Below, in pieces: positions 12,001-19,902 of a stretch of DNA of 64,000 nt. The stretch is from positions 27,084 to 91,083 of the IMG/VR virus record IMGVR_UViG_3300027969_000073. One strand, given 5' to 3'. The translations under genes were made by a program, and so were the position numbers. This stretch comes from a virus. Below the pieces are notes generated by a model, which worked only from the letters and a program-made list of their open reading frames with translations, was not told the origin of the DNA and did no database searches. Every line of letters begins with the position of its first letter. Position 1 is the stretch's first letter.

Positions 12001-12375
12001 TTTTCCTATTTTGATTACCCCATTTACTTTGATAATCATTTTAAAAGCAATGTCTTGAGACTTAGAATCTCTATTTTTTCTTTCTTTATTGGCTTTGTCT
12101 AGTACTTCAATAGGATTATTATTGACATAATTTAAATCTCCAGGAGTACGCTCGTTATTAATTACACGTTGAATCTTTCTAAGGATTCGTAATTTAATTG
12201 GCTGTTTTTTAATTTGTTCTTTTGCAAATTCTTTAGCTTTTCTACTGTCAACTTCTAATTCAGGAATAGTCACTTTGCCTTCCTGAATTAAAGAATCTAA
12301 TAGTCCATTATTAAGAATTTGTTTAAATTCTTCTTCTGAACGCCATTTGTTATCGTACCAATACTGACAAGCCAT
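3016..12375 (-). CDS. Virion-packaged RNA polymerase (crAss-like, phi14:2 gp66 type) with N-terminal zincin HExxH domain
   Basis: 3119 aa; catalytic loop LAGLDFDIDK, preceded by LRIPNEDK; EFHEAFH zincin motif; position in the cargo array. Confidence 0.9.
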   Translation of the reverse strand: MACQYWYDNKWRSEEEFKQILNNGLLDSLIQEGKVTIPELEVDSRKAKEFAKEQIKKQPIKLRILRKIQRVINNERTPGDLNYVNNNPIEVLDKANKERKNRDSKSQDIAFKMIIKVNGVIKIGKENVENKALLKALEKSEIFANIKENLEEGIPYMMVPSAYGLYPMRIRSSKVKETTEFNDVKLALANLLKAVESQDILNARRKIEKMLYHTTVERTTTNKILVSKQDNNLGKVVSQLFDTAEEAQNYIGELLYRCDWDKINSGTYNQTLAQIGAVTTDLYSEDGNFFSSSSFVIEAYQMSPEDRANVELIMEAKMPTSKASVEFSNLALSRTMPVNNTKDKKNESPIFSAPINDVTAAVDIANKEVVRDINIPNSNLVARVIASVENGVVTIKSIQKLAITPRKGGNPTVQVLSINNKESQEATKAFFAREDIKKLQTPQSVKKEETPTEAPTEEKKSIIKTATSNFLKSAVDVAASESAANRPDAPPVAEQQSLDSIIASSTEIAPEEPTSVDNFDDFDLGFDIDSTGTERQNGPESDKVRTMLKPKVDGTKWNQQEALEWLKRTLGKAYKRGSGRKGTVRIFHSLEALENYLPKETYEMLLEARKNGKELHGLFTQAALFLSKNADAGVEFHEAFHIVFNLALPLRSRIRILNEAMEKYPDELPLKKIVDSEGNTTYEYPTYIEIEEVLADKFMEYMQAKEQVDPAEKSKAKEIFKTFKGMNRMIQIFFSRNRQFDIEQIFENIDLGAYKNSIQFRNTVLPTSARMMSKDVNTDKKYNSAEEERQAFVYMQTVMDELFNVIRSKEENQFKGDVQIIKDLGVDKFYTMLVSQIYADTKANIAANTSAALPLKKLVGVLTNNLKDVEEVDIQGSKFLQFKRPTDLLERFNQSLTLRGITMSLNTVEESAVDFKPDEEDFMDAQEENTVENSWMKGYIEMDPKISMSQKLKSFFATIPKYNANGKPLLNEFNVQEKESPSYIFGYLLSRISDSYSVADMMAKIDGIINDKTFMPHIADQIALDPGLKTDLWLAIGQKNFATFSFVYEKDGDYSVVNSNRQTYDAIIKDTIVANFLVQENALFGKDKNGARNFENVNTEKAGAIFDKIQSLKEKAADVNNRVENETFEKAVDLLFQMMSKDFAELYINLTPEDLVNVWKPTKGKTRKASWGNIINLINVVSDIAHELELGNNPFLYARPEQLVVDPKVKKNKNNIERLATILQPALEQEVVAVFRSIKGKTTYNLILSNFLNKQLNKFKDPKKFAQYMEEIKGDEYMKNLPFLKDLANPEEDLGSLLEAVVLDGLVRKGKNRSVNYTEMSDIELMVTELGMFYNSGKSARGISRFKLPIPADSPTIPFITARRFDKEEIVNRLLQNAKAEYSRIVKVKNLPANSPLRLVPNYVKRGVKFQSMSFLNKLDFKKGFDEKKVKEAIKEFMEKDYLQLQYQSYLKTGVIKSINPVTGAITFADKLLSNKIKDQAAFFTDYLYNAYYMNTQLTTVFAGDLAFYKNTDNFQKRYKQVMSPGMFTNTEGIPDTFNSIILKDEILPTKAATSKAIVEIIKSSDLTAEEKKKLITLWTAGLTDVKSSEYKGNNTTDGATMISIHRRKAQLEGLNRWTDAHQIAYNKELKGIPLDITEFDLFRPEKPYYFAHRISNGTVVPAQIKNSEVVLTRALAAKFAKLEAVYDTLMNGIKNEDGTTTTVDSAIFESAIKVGGSKSFINGNEDYATYTKQKDGSYKLSSNPEIVVLNAADYRLQQETPEHFIDSEGNFSTQLRNLIIADMDLEGDYTINNQTMKGKDVVRLYQELVVEDLRTSFEDVKEMFLKPDGNIDYQKLAKELRKEVISRNMGQEYLDALAPIEVTLKNGDKDYRTTLPLYHPLISYKMEAVMNSFFKNRVTKQKISGGAVVNASSYGIADNLDFIVDEKTGTITFEAMMPWTSRKYFPLNADGEVDIDTIRETAPELLEIIGLRIPNEDKYSTFNIKIVGFTPPEMGGMLILPREITTLAGLDFDIDKTYLMTRSFTVDTKGKPKYTKFQSTLDSESEAKELAKSIFQNFGDFSRFVKTNFEGNNLEKMLNVRRELMDSLPEKLTKEEKSELFDDVKILKDSKKQAILMYGPDSAFVQTIQDEIDTLYKAISNDLPFNETSQEIQKKHQDVIDVIAKKLMSEKFNAVQYNSTAARDNKKIEIIQGILANKNTASAILNPGNFDVLKENAARIRLIQAGKKKEATLTGSELLDAASVLDEGDNFNINYPSTQSELFRRGMTGKELIGIYANHNVHHAKAQYTNMKLKVPIYFNGIPYTELNQIKSPTGTRISKALASNVAAAVDNANDPVASFLNMNTYTANVQSMLQRLGVEERTVFAFLNQPVILELTRNYFNDKGSLSDDKNFRTTMSRWKTLLANKIKEAGVEVEADTSTDFSNEILERDLLPSGTLEYYQNQLNVLQAFETYHSIASELAMGIQASKSDTKGVGPASANNYTTINKQDRLLRKIEKDTNSIQGLEEAFIESPFSEQIMMPAFTKYGLIEPINIFDKIYSAIGKVDSTTGRIKYSALGELKNEFSDQKGEMYSLTEKEASLIDINYINFLASAFPFFKHSQSNEILTKLPDELVKWQKETPINSPYRKLLDSLYVVDSNDYSPIKRIQYYATGKDTLDRQYARQSWERMLQDSDPKVREMALKLVKYTYFSAGYGFGPFTFSNLVPVLFWSDAYQEANNIVDVNGRTFNKFLETALAAGINKNEEIKKRFKRQFMQNHGGKETFTHTVKVDVTTNPLEKGLTPEQENSVLTLAAKESKNGIVKTAKGNLIVNLSKNRQLTPTTNNSQPVEFIKVAKKGKQFTIYQLVKTDFDVKNDFADFDGRTNLTTATYVPLTSLGESNFAIEFDYNRDLNVSSLKENKTETPKSPIQSMQDSFMDQITAAALEPDETKTIPTTVAPVTQNLADIKGVTSTGKVNADYNYNPSNVSEQKREEYKQYVLDKLGIPNISYNANSIDFKYSDFSISISKDGSVSYNKIPQKIAELSIKDAGYDIKFMIGLNKLAEENLNTKSVVNKPNALSSMVDTSLSQRLGIFETIGNKDYDEYTAAGGKMNKENFLSLSPNEQQTAIWQAKNCKE

Positions 12376-12386
12376 ATTTTTTATTT

Positions 12387-12869
12387 TTACCCTTCACTTC
12401 TTTCTAACATGTCTGCATCAAATAGCAACATGTTATCTGTAAGTTTAAGACGGTTAATTAAATCACCATATTCCCCTACTGCTGATACTTGTATCATAAT
12501 AAAGTCCTGTAGCAAAATTAACACTTTTCTTGATATATTCATACTAGCAGTCTTCTCATATTCTGCTAACAAGTCTGCTTCCATTTGGTAAGCCAATTCT
12601 AAAGCGTCTCCAATAGAAGCTACACTAGTTGTTACTGGATCTAAAGACTCTGTAGAAAGCTCGCAATTCATGTCATTCATAAACTGTTCTAACTTATTAT
12701 AATGAGTACGCTCGTCCAAAGATTCTGACAAAAAGAATTTCTCTGCACCAAAGTATCCTAATGACTTCATGCGATTAGTAAGATGTTGGTAAACATGAGA
12801 AGCTGTTAATTCTAATTTACCAAACTTATTCAATTCTTTTTCTTCTATTTCTGTAAGTAATTTTTCCAT
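12387..12869 (-). CDS. Ferritin-like protein
   Basis: 160 aa four-helix pattern ELTASHVY...GAEKFF..ESLDERTH...YQME...FIMIQ..VGEY resembling the ferroxidase centre. Confidence 0.8.
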   Translation of the reverse strand: MEKLLTEIEEKELNKFGKLELTASHVYQHLTNRMKSLGYFGAEKFFLSESLDERTHYNKLEQFMNDMNCELSTESLDPVTTSVASIGDALELAYQMEADLLAEYEKTASMNISRKVLILLQDFIMIQVSAVGEYGDLINRLKLTDNMLLFDADMLERSEG

Positions 12870-12880
12870 TGTGATTTATT

Positions 12881-15800
12881 TTATTTACAACCTTGTGTAC
12901 TAATTTCTGCTTGTGCAGCAATATCTTTGAGGTACTTTTCTATTAATTCTTTTCTCTTACTTTGAGTATCTACTATTTCAAAAGTGTTTTTGATATCTTC
13001 TAATTTAGATTCTATATCAGCTCTTAAAGTGTCACTGATATCTGCTTCTAAGTCAAACATATAATTACCTACTACTGTATTGTATTCTTCTATAGTAGGA
13101 TTAGGATTATTTAATAATTTTTGAGCTTCTAAATCAAAATCAGTAATACGATTTTTAAGTTCTATTCGTTTTTTAATAATAGTTTTTTCTACTTTCTGAT
13201 TTGCAGTAGCTTGAGCAGCAAGTGTTATTTTTCTATTATACTCTTCATAAATAGGTTTATAGATAGCATATAAATTATCAGGCATGTTACCTTGCTTTTC
13301 TCCGTATGTATCTGGATAATCTTTTATGTTAGGAATAGCTTTAGCTAATTCTACTTGTTCTTGCGCTCTTAATGTTTCTATTGTCTGATTAGTATTAGTA
13401 CCTTTAGAAATTGTTTTTTCTTTAACAGTAGTACCAGTTTGCTGTGCCACAATGGCTTTTCTAAGTGCTAAAAAATTTGACGGCATACTTTCTTTGAAAG
13501 CTGGCAATCTTCCTAAAAATACTCCATCATTGTAAACTTCTATAATAACATTTTTATCAGATATTTCTACTAGTTCTCCTGTTTCTTTATCTCTGTAAGG
13601 TTGAGTTTCTTTTACTACAAAAGTAGCCTCAATGTTATTTTTTTCTAGTTTTTCGTTAGATAAAAAGTCAGCATCATTAATTAAAGCAGTATTAACCTTT
13701 TGGTCAGTTTGCATTTTTTTGTACTTACCTTTTTCTTTATTATAAATAGGTTTATAATTTTCGTCTAATTCTACATCGTTAAGTATTGGTATAATTCTAG
13801 CGCTTGAAACAGGACTTCCTTTTACAAATTCTGAAGTTCCAGGACCCATAAGGCTAGCAAACTGCTCTTCTAATGATAATTCTTTAGGGTTTGCTTGTGC
13901 AATATCATTAGGGTCTGCAAAGTTTAGATGAGGGTCTTTATTACTCTTTTCAACTTTTGCTTCTTGATGTAGTTGTTCAAGTGCTCCTAATACTTGTGGT
14001 ATTAAAGATGGGTTCTCACCAACTAGTTCTTCAAATGCTTCAAAACTATTTCCAATATAAATATCTTGTTCATTTAAGATATTTTTAATCTTAAGAAATA
14101 CTGCAGGCTTATGACGTAATGCTTCTAAAGAAGTAGTGTCAGAAATATGTCCTGTTAAAGTACTTAAGTCTTGTACAGGTACTCCATTTTGTATAGCTTC
14201 TTGAGTATGTCTATCTAAAATGTCTTCAATTTCTTGTAATTCATTTTTAGCTTTTTTGTCTAAAATAACATTTTCACCTGTTAATGATTTCTCATCAGCA
14301 GCTCCTTTATCAGCTCTAGAACCAGTTTTACTTTTTTCAATAGTTTCTTTAACTTTTTCTAAAGCTAATTTGGTCATATTTTCTATGTATTGTTCCTCTA
14401 ATTTTTCATAGACGTCCATATACTTTTCTGCTCCTTTTGTAGTAAATAACATGCTGTACATGCTAGCTACTTCTGCTTCTCTAGACTTAATTGAAATTAA
14501 ATCTTTGATAAGAGGAATTACCTGTTTGCTTGTAGTTTTATAACCAATAGGGTCTTCAGCTTTCCATTCATTAACTATTTGCTTAAATCTATCTTTAGCA
14601 TTAGTAATAATCTCAGCTTTGCCATCAGAAGTTGCATCTACAATTGTAGCTAATATTTTATCAGCTGTAGTAGGGTCAACTTTGTTATTAGTTATTTTAC
14701 GAATATCATCTTCTAGAACAGCTTTTCTTTCATTCAAATTTTTGTTTACTGAACGTAAGTAAGTCATTTGATCTTTTAGTCCTTCAACAGCTGCTTCATT
14801 TTTTAAGAATGGAGAGAATTTTCTATTAAAGATTTTATCCACAAAATATTTATCAGCATTAAATACTGCTTCTACTTCTTTAGTAGATTCAAGAATATCT
14901 TTAACTCTTTTTCTAGTTTTGCCTAAAGATTCTTTTCTACTTTCTTCTGTAAACTCTTGAACTCCTTCAACAGCAAACTGCTCGTTGAATTTTTTCAAAG
15001 GAATTTTTTCAAAAGAATCTAAATCTTGTAGGATAGTATCAGCTACTCCTAACTTATCACGAGTAGTAACAAAGGAATGAAGTAAGTCGTGTTCTTTATT
15101 TTTGTAATTATATATATCTCCTCTAGCTTCATAATCATCTAACTCACTTTGAATAGTAAGACTAGTGGCCATGTTTTTAAAGTTGGTTGCTAAGACTTCA
15201 TTAGTAGAAACCCCATCATTTATTTTTTGAGCTACTGCACGAGATTCTTCAATGTCTCTTCTCATGCCTTTAATCTCTTCTCTTATACCTCCAAATTTTT
15301 TGATTCCTTCGTACTTAATACCTTCTGCTTTTCCTGTCTGAGCATTATATCTAACTCCTATAGTAGGCATACGCATTCCTAGTAATCCCATAAGAGCTCC
15401 AATACTCATAGAATCTTGTCCTTCTGTACTACCTGCATAATTACGAGCAGCTTTAGACATGGCATCTATAAAACTCATAGAAGTTTCCATAGAGCCTTTA
15501 GTGTGTTTAGCTGTGTAGTAATCACTTAAACCTTCTTGAAGTACTCCTTGTGAATACTCTTCAAATCCTTCAACAACTCCTGATTTTAATCCTCCTCCAT
15601 AAATAATAGCTTCACGAGACCATTTATTCATTTTGTCAGCATTAGCAATTGCTTTTCCCTCAACTAAACTTACTCCTTTTAATGGATTAAGTCTGCTTAA
15701 TGCTTGATTAATTTTATAGCCTCCTGTAAAAGCTTTAGAGAATTGAATCATGTTAGAGAATCCTACTAAAGGCACATTAGTAAACCAGGCTGTTTCTGAA

Positions 15801-16975
15801 GCTTCCTCTGCTTTACTTTTATATAAAGCTGTTTCCGCTTCTGAAGGAGCTTTACCATTTATCTTAGTATGATTGTCTATTAAACTTTGTAAAGTTTGGT
15901 CATAAGTATCACGAGCAATTAAAGAAGATTCATATGCACCTGAACGTACCATTGAGGTAGCTGTACCTATTCCTTTTCTCCATTTCTCTGTATAAGCTTC
16001 TAGTTTAGCAGCTTTGCCTAAATCGTCTAGTTTATCTATACCTCTAAGCAATCGCATACTTTTTCCAAAGGTAATAAAGTTAGTTCCTTTGGCTGCTAAA
16101 TTTACTCCCTGTACTCCAAGTCTAGTTGCTTGAGCTCCTAATCTTGCAGTGTTAGCTGCAACTGAAGCACCTCCTGTAAAAGGAGCAGCTGCTGTTGCTA
16201 GTAACTCTGTAGCAATTGCTCCTGCTACAAAAGATATTGCAGGTGCTATATCTTCATTAATAGATTTTAATGGATGTGTCCATATACGAGAAAAGAAATT
16301 TCTATTGGTTCCATTTTCATCTTGATAATATTTGGAACCACCATAAACAAATGTACCTTCGTCAATACCACGGTCCATTGATTCCCATGCATCAAATGCT
16401 CCATTATTAAATAGCTTAGCGCTATCCCAATTAAATAGTGCAGAACCCATACCATATACTGTAGGAATAACTCCTCCAATTGCTGTTAAAGTTCTACCTA
16501 ATAATTTACCAACAGTTTTAGTGGCAGCTTCCAAGACTCCCTGATTTTCATCTAAGTCGTCTAGGTATTGGTTAACTCTTTTATTGTAAGCCTTTTCGTG
16601 GTAACGAGCAAAATCTTTTATCTCGTCGTTAAAACGAATTCCGTATTTATCTTTGTCAAGTAGTTGAACCATTTTAGGCCCATAATCATCTAAAGCTGCT
16701 GCTCTTTCTATAGGATTAGGAATAGCTTTAACTAAGTCAACTGGTGTATATAATAAAGCTGCTTTAGGGTCAATAATGAAATTAGTCTTTTGAGTAAACC
16801 CTCTTGTAGGAGCAATACTTCCAATAGAACCTAAGTTCTTTAGAAACTCTTCTTGAGGAGTATTAACAGGTCTATAATCAGAATAGGGGTCATACTTGGA
16901 AGGACGATAATCAGAAATATCACCTTTGCTAGTGTCTATACCTTTTACCTTAACTGGTTTTTCTTCTTCTTCCAT
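12881..16975 (-). CDS. Large virion cargo (ejected) protein
   Basis: 1364 aa, largely helical, with Ala/Gly-rich hydrophobic segments (FVAGAIATELLATAAAPFTGG) and an EGFEEYSQ motif; position in the cargo array. Confidence 0.65.
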   Translation of the reverse strand: MEEEEKPVKVKGIDTSKGDISDYRPSKYDPYSDYRPVNTPQEEFLKNLGSIGSIAPTRGFTQKTNFIIDPKAALLYTPVDLVKAIPNPIERAAALDDYGPKMVQLLDKDKYGIRFNDEIKDFARYHEKAYNKRVNQYLDDLDENQGVLEAATKTVGKLLGRTLTAIGGVIPTVYGMGSALFNWDSAKLFNNGAFDAWESMDRGIDEGTFVYGGSKYYQDENGTNRNFFSRIWTHPLKSINEDIAPAISFVAGAIATELLATAAAPFTGGASVAANTARLGAQATRLGVQGVNLAAKGTNFITFGKSMRLLRGIDKLDDLGKAAKLEAYTEKWRKGIGTATSMVRSGAYESSLIARDTYDQTLQSLIDNHTKINGKAPSEAETALYKSKAEEASETAWFTNVPLVGFSNMIQFSKAFTGGYKINQALSRLNPLKGVSLVEGKAIANADKMNKWSREAIIYGGGLKSGVVEGFEEYSQGVLQEGLSDYYTAKHTKGSMETSMSFIDAMSKAARNYAGSTEGQDSMSIGALMGLLGMRMPTIGVRYNAQTGKAEGIKYEGIKKFGGIREEIKGMRRDIEESRAVAQKINDGVSTNEVLATNFKNMATSLTIQSELDDYEARGDIYNYKNKEHDLLHSFVTTRDKLGVADTILQDLDSFEKIPLKKFNEQFAVEGVQEFTEESRKESLGKTRKRVKDILESTKEVEAVFNADKYFVDKIFNRKFSPFLKNEAAVEGLKDQMTYLRSVNKNLNERKAVLEDDIRKITNNKVDPTTADKILATIVDATSDGKAEIITNAKDRFKQIVNEWKAEDPIGYKTTSKQVIPLIKDLISIKSREAEVASMYSMLFTTKGAEKYMDVYEKLEEQYIENMTKLALEKVKETIEKSKTGSRADKGAADEKSLTGENVILDKKAKNELQEIEDILDRHTQEAIQNGVPVQDLSTLTGHISDTTSLEALRHKPAVFLKIKNILNEQDIYIGNSFEAFEELVGENPSLIPQVLGALEQLHQEAKVEKSNKDPHLNFADPNDIAQANPKELSLEEQFASLMGPGTSEFVKGSPVSSARIIPILNDVELDENYKPIYNKEKGKYKKMQTDQKVNTALINDADFLSNEKLEKNNIEATFVVKETQPYRDKETGELVEISDKNVIIEVYNDGVFLGRLPAFKESMPSNFLALRKAIVAQQTGTTVKEKTISKGTNTNQTIETLRAQEQVELAKAIPNIKDYPDTYGEKQGNMPDNLYAIYKPIYEEYNRKITLAAQATANQKVEKTIIKKRIELKNRITDFDLEAQKLLNNPNPTIEEYNTVVGNYMFDLEADISDTLRADIESKLEDIKNTFEIVDTQSKRKELIEKYLKDIAAQAEISTQGCK

Positions 16976-16991
16976 AACGTATTTTATTATT

Positions 16992-16999
16992 CAAAGATA
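16992..16999 (-). promoter_or_regulatory. Bacteroidota-type -7 element TATCTTTG
   Basis: Intergenic match to TAnnTTTG; further intergenic matches at 33674-33681, 41166-41173, 54457-54464 and 55338-55345 (minus), and 55708-55715 and 57513-57520 (plus). Confidence 0.55.
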
Positions 17000-17005
17000 G
17001 TTAAA

Positions 17006-19882
17006 TTATTGGCCCATTACACTTTCTAGACTAAACTGAGCAGGTACAAAGTATTGTTCAGAACCTAAACCTGACTGATAAACTACTGCATCCATTTCAT
17101 CTCCTGTGCCAAATATTAAATTGTTTTTCATTATTTGTACTGGCAAACTTCCTGACATATCTAATGGTTTAGAAACAACTGGTTGTCTTACATATTGACC
17201 ATTAGCATCTACAATTATTTTATCTACTGTCATCAATACTTCTCCTTTACTTACTTTGTAATTAATAGTAAATCCTGATTGAGTTCCATCTGCATTTTGT
17301 TGCCATACTGCAGGTGGCTCAGTAATTTCTGTAGCTAAATGATTATTTTCAATAGCATCATTTAATCGAGCTCCCATTTCTAAATAACGTTCTCTACGTT
17401 CAGGATTAGAAATAAGGGCAATGTTGGCGTAAGATTCTAAGTTTTTATTAAATGTTACTCCTGCTTCTGGGTCACTTGCTTGTGCTTCTAAAGCAGCTTT
17501 ACCAAATTTAATGTAATTATCTTTAGCTCTTTCTGCTGGGTTAATTGTAGTACCTTCTACTACTGTATATAGGTTTACAGGGTTAGCATCGTACCAAGCT
17601 TTTTTCTCAGCAGCACTAGCACTAATTTCAGTATCAGTTAAATCTTCTGCTTTTTTACCTAGTCTATGAGCACTAATCATTTTAGCAGCATAAGCATCAG
17701 CACTTTGAGAACCTGGTTGGAATTCTTTTTTAATATTGTATCTCAGAATAGGATTACCATTTTGATCATTTCCTGCATAATGAGGAGTTTCTTCGTAAGC
17801 ATTTAAATCAAATGTTTCTCTTAAATTAGGATTAGTAATTACACTAGTTTTACCTGTTCTATCATCAAAGTTTACTCGTTCAATTGAAGAGCCTCCTGTA
17901 GTATTACTCTTAGCATAGTTGATGATATCTGTAACTGCATTGCCTGTATATTTATCAAAACGTGTGTCCATATATATTTCAGGAGAAGCTACTGCAAATT
18001 GTGTTCTAAGGTTAACTAAATAATTATCCATTACAGATTGCCCAAATTTAGCTATTGCATCAGGCTGAACATTTTCTAATTTTTTCCAATCAAGACCTGT
18101 ACCTGCAACATTTAATCCTTTATTTACAATATCTGTAGTTAAGAAATCTTTATTATGCTCTTGAATAATTTGAATCATTTTTAATGGATCTTTTTGAGCT
18201 TTTTTTTCCCAAACTTCTTTCATAGTTTGGTCTGCAGTTAATTCAATAATATTTTCAAAAGTTTTAATATCAGAGCTTTTAGCAACACTAAGTTCGAATT
18301 TATCTCCTAACATTGTTTGTAACTCGTCTATAGCAGCTTCTTTTTCTGCTCCTGAAGCACTTGCTACTTTTTTCTTTTGCAATGCTATTTTAGAATCATA
18401 GTCAGCAAGTTTTTGGTCAAACGCTGAAATTCTAAGGTCAAGAATTTTATATTGAGAAAAAGTTTTTTCTGTCTCGTTAATTCTTTCTACAATTGGCTGG
18501 CCTATAGATAAAGTTGTATTTAAATCTTCTACTAACCAAGCTCCTTGACGAGCTCTTGCCATATCTGTTAACTCATCTAAAAACTCTGCTTCCATTCCCG
18601 TAGATTTTACACCATGTAAACGTGAATACAAATCTTGACTTACTCCAGCTTCTTTAATAGCTGCTCTGTTACCTGTAGCATCTGAAGAACTTGTAATTCC
18701 TTTAGTAGAAGATTTAACTATATCTGAGTTAATTCCCCCAATAGCATTAAACTCTTCTAAAGTTTTATTGTTCTTTTCTCTTCTTGCAGTTGCTGCTGGG
18801 TCAGTTAAATTATCTGTACTGTATTTAATATTACGATAGTCTACAATATCTGCTGCAGCATCGCCAATAACATCAAATTTATTTTGACCAAAGTCTACAT
18901 ACAATTTTTCTGAAAAATCATCTAAACGTCCTTGTGCAGCATACTCTTGGTATCCTTCAAGAATATTTGCTTGTAAAGATTTAGCTTCTTTTAATTTTGC
19001 TTCTAAAATTTCTCTTTCACTTTTATCTAAAGTAGGAATTTTTAATTTTTCATTTATTTGAGCAATTTGGTCATCTACTTGACCAAATGCTCCTCTAATA
19101 ACATTTTCTTTAAATTGTTCGCCTGTTGCTGCATTAGAGTTAGCATTATAGTACCATTCTCTACGATCATAATCCTCTTGCCAATTTTTGTATTTATCAG
19201 AAGTTTTTAAAAAATTTGTTATTTCTGTAGCAATTTGCTCTCGATTTTTTTCAGTAACTTCAACATTTAATCTTTGTAATGTATCAGCATTAAGTTGACC
19301 ATATTGACCTAAACTATTAATACGTTGTTCAGGAGTCATTCCTGCTAATTGTAAAGATTCTTTTCGAATGTTTTCTTCTTCATTAGCTAAAGGAGGCTGA
19401 ACATTAATTTGATTATAAGCCTCTTCTTTAGGGTCATAGTTAGTACCTTTAAATTGGTGATTAGTCTTAAATAACCAAGTGTCATAATCTCTTTGAGTAA
19501 TTCCATTCGGTTTACCAATTTTTTCTTTCATCTCTTTTTTAGCTTCTTGTAAAGCTGTATAATTTCCTTGAATAGAAACTAATTCAGGGTCTTTTGTATA
19601 CAGTTTTTGAAGCCCTGCTAATTGCTTAGCAGCTTGAGTATAATTTTTAGAGGTTGCTAAGTTTTGAGCAATCTCGTCTCTTTTTTCTTTAAGAGTTTGC
19701 ATTAACTCTTTACTTCTAGGATCGTCTTGATTTAATTTAGAAATTTCAAAGTCAGCTGCATCTAGAGCTGCTTTGGTAGTTTCTAATTTTTCATACATCT
19801 GAGATAAAGGTTCTGCAAACGCTTCGTATCCTAAAGGTTTGTACTCAGTTTTTACTGGAGTAGAAAATGGTGTAATTGCCAT
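17006..19882 (-). CDS. Virion cargo protein
   Basis: 958 aa, coiled-coil rich; lies between cargo genes. Confidence 0.55.
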   Translation of the reverse strand: MAITPFSTPVKTEYKPLGYEAFAEPLSQMYEKLETTKAALDAADFEISKLNQDDPRSKELMQTLKEKRDEIAQNLATSKNYTQAAKQLAGLQKLYTKDPELVSIQGNYTALQEAKKEMKEKIGKPNGITQRDYDTWLFKTNHQFKGTNYDPKEEAYNQINVQPPLANEEENIRKESLQLAGMTPEQRINSLGQYGQLNADTLQRLNVEVTEKNREQIATEITNFLKTSDKYKNWQEDYDRREWYYNANSNAATGEQFKENVIRGAFGQVDDQIAQINEKLKIPTLDKSEREILEAKLKEAKSLQANILEGYQEYAAQGRLDDFSEKLYVDFGQNKFDVIGDAAADIVDYRNIKYSTDNLTDPAATARREKNNKTLEEFNAIGGINSDIVKSSTKGITSSSDATGNRAAIKEAGVSQDLYSRLHGVKSTGMEAEFLDELTDMARARQGAWLVEDLNTTLSIGQPIVERINETEKTFSQYKILDLRISAFDQKLADYDSKIALQKKKVASASGAEKEAAIDELQTMLGDKFELSVAKSSDIKTFENIIELTADQTMKEVWEKKAQKDPLKMIQIIQEHNKDFLTTDIVNKGLNVAGTGLDWKKLENVQPDAIAKFGQSVMDNYLVNLRTQFAVASPEIYMDTRFDKYTGNAVTDIINYAKSNTTGGSSIERVNFDDRTGKTSVITNPNLRETFDLNAYEETPHYAGNDQNGNPILRYNIKKEFQPGSQSADAYAAKMISAHRLGKKAEDLTDTEISASAAEKKAWYDANPVNLYTVVEGTTINPAERAKDNYIKFGKAALEAQASDPEAGVTFNKNLESYANIALISNPERRERYLEMGARLNDAIENNHLATEITEPPAVWQQNADGTQSGFTINYKVSKGEVLMTVDKIIVDANGQYVRQPVVSKPLDMSGSLPVQIMKNNLIFGTGDEMDAVVYQSGLGSEQYFVPAQFSLESVMGQ

Positions 19883-19902
19883 AATATTTTATATTATTTT
19901 CC

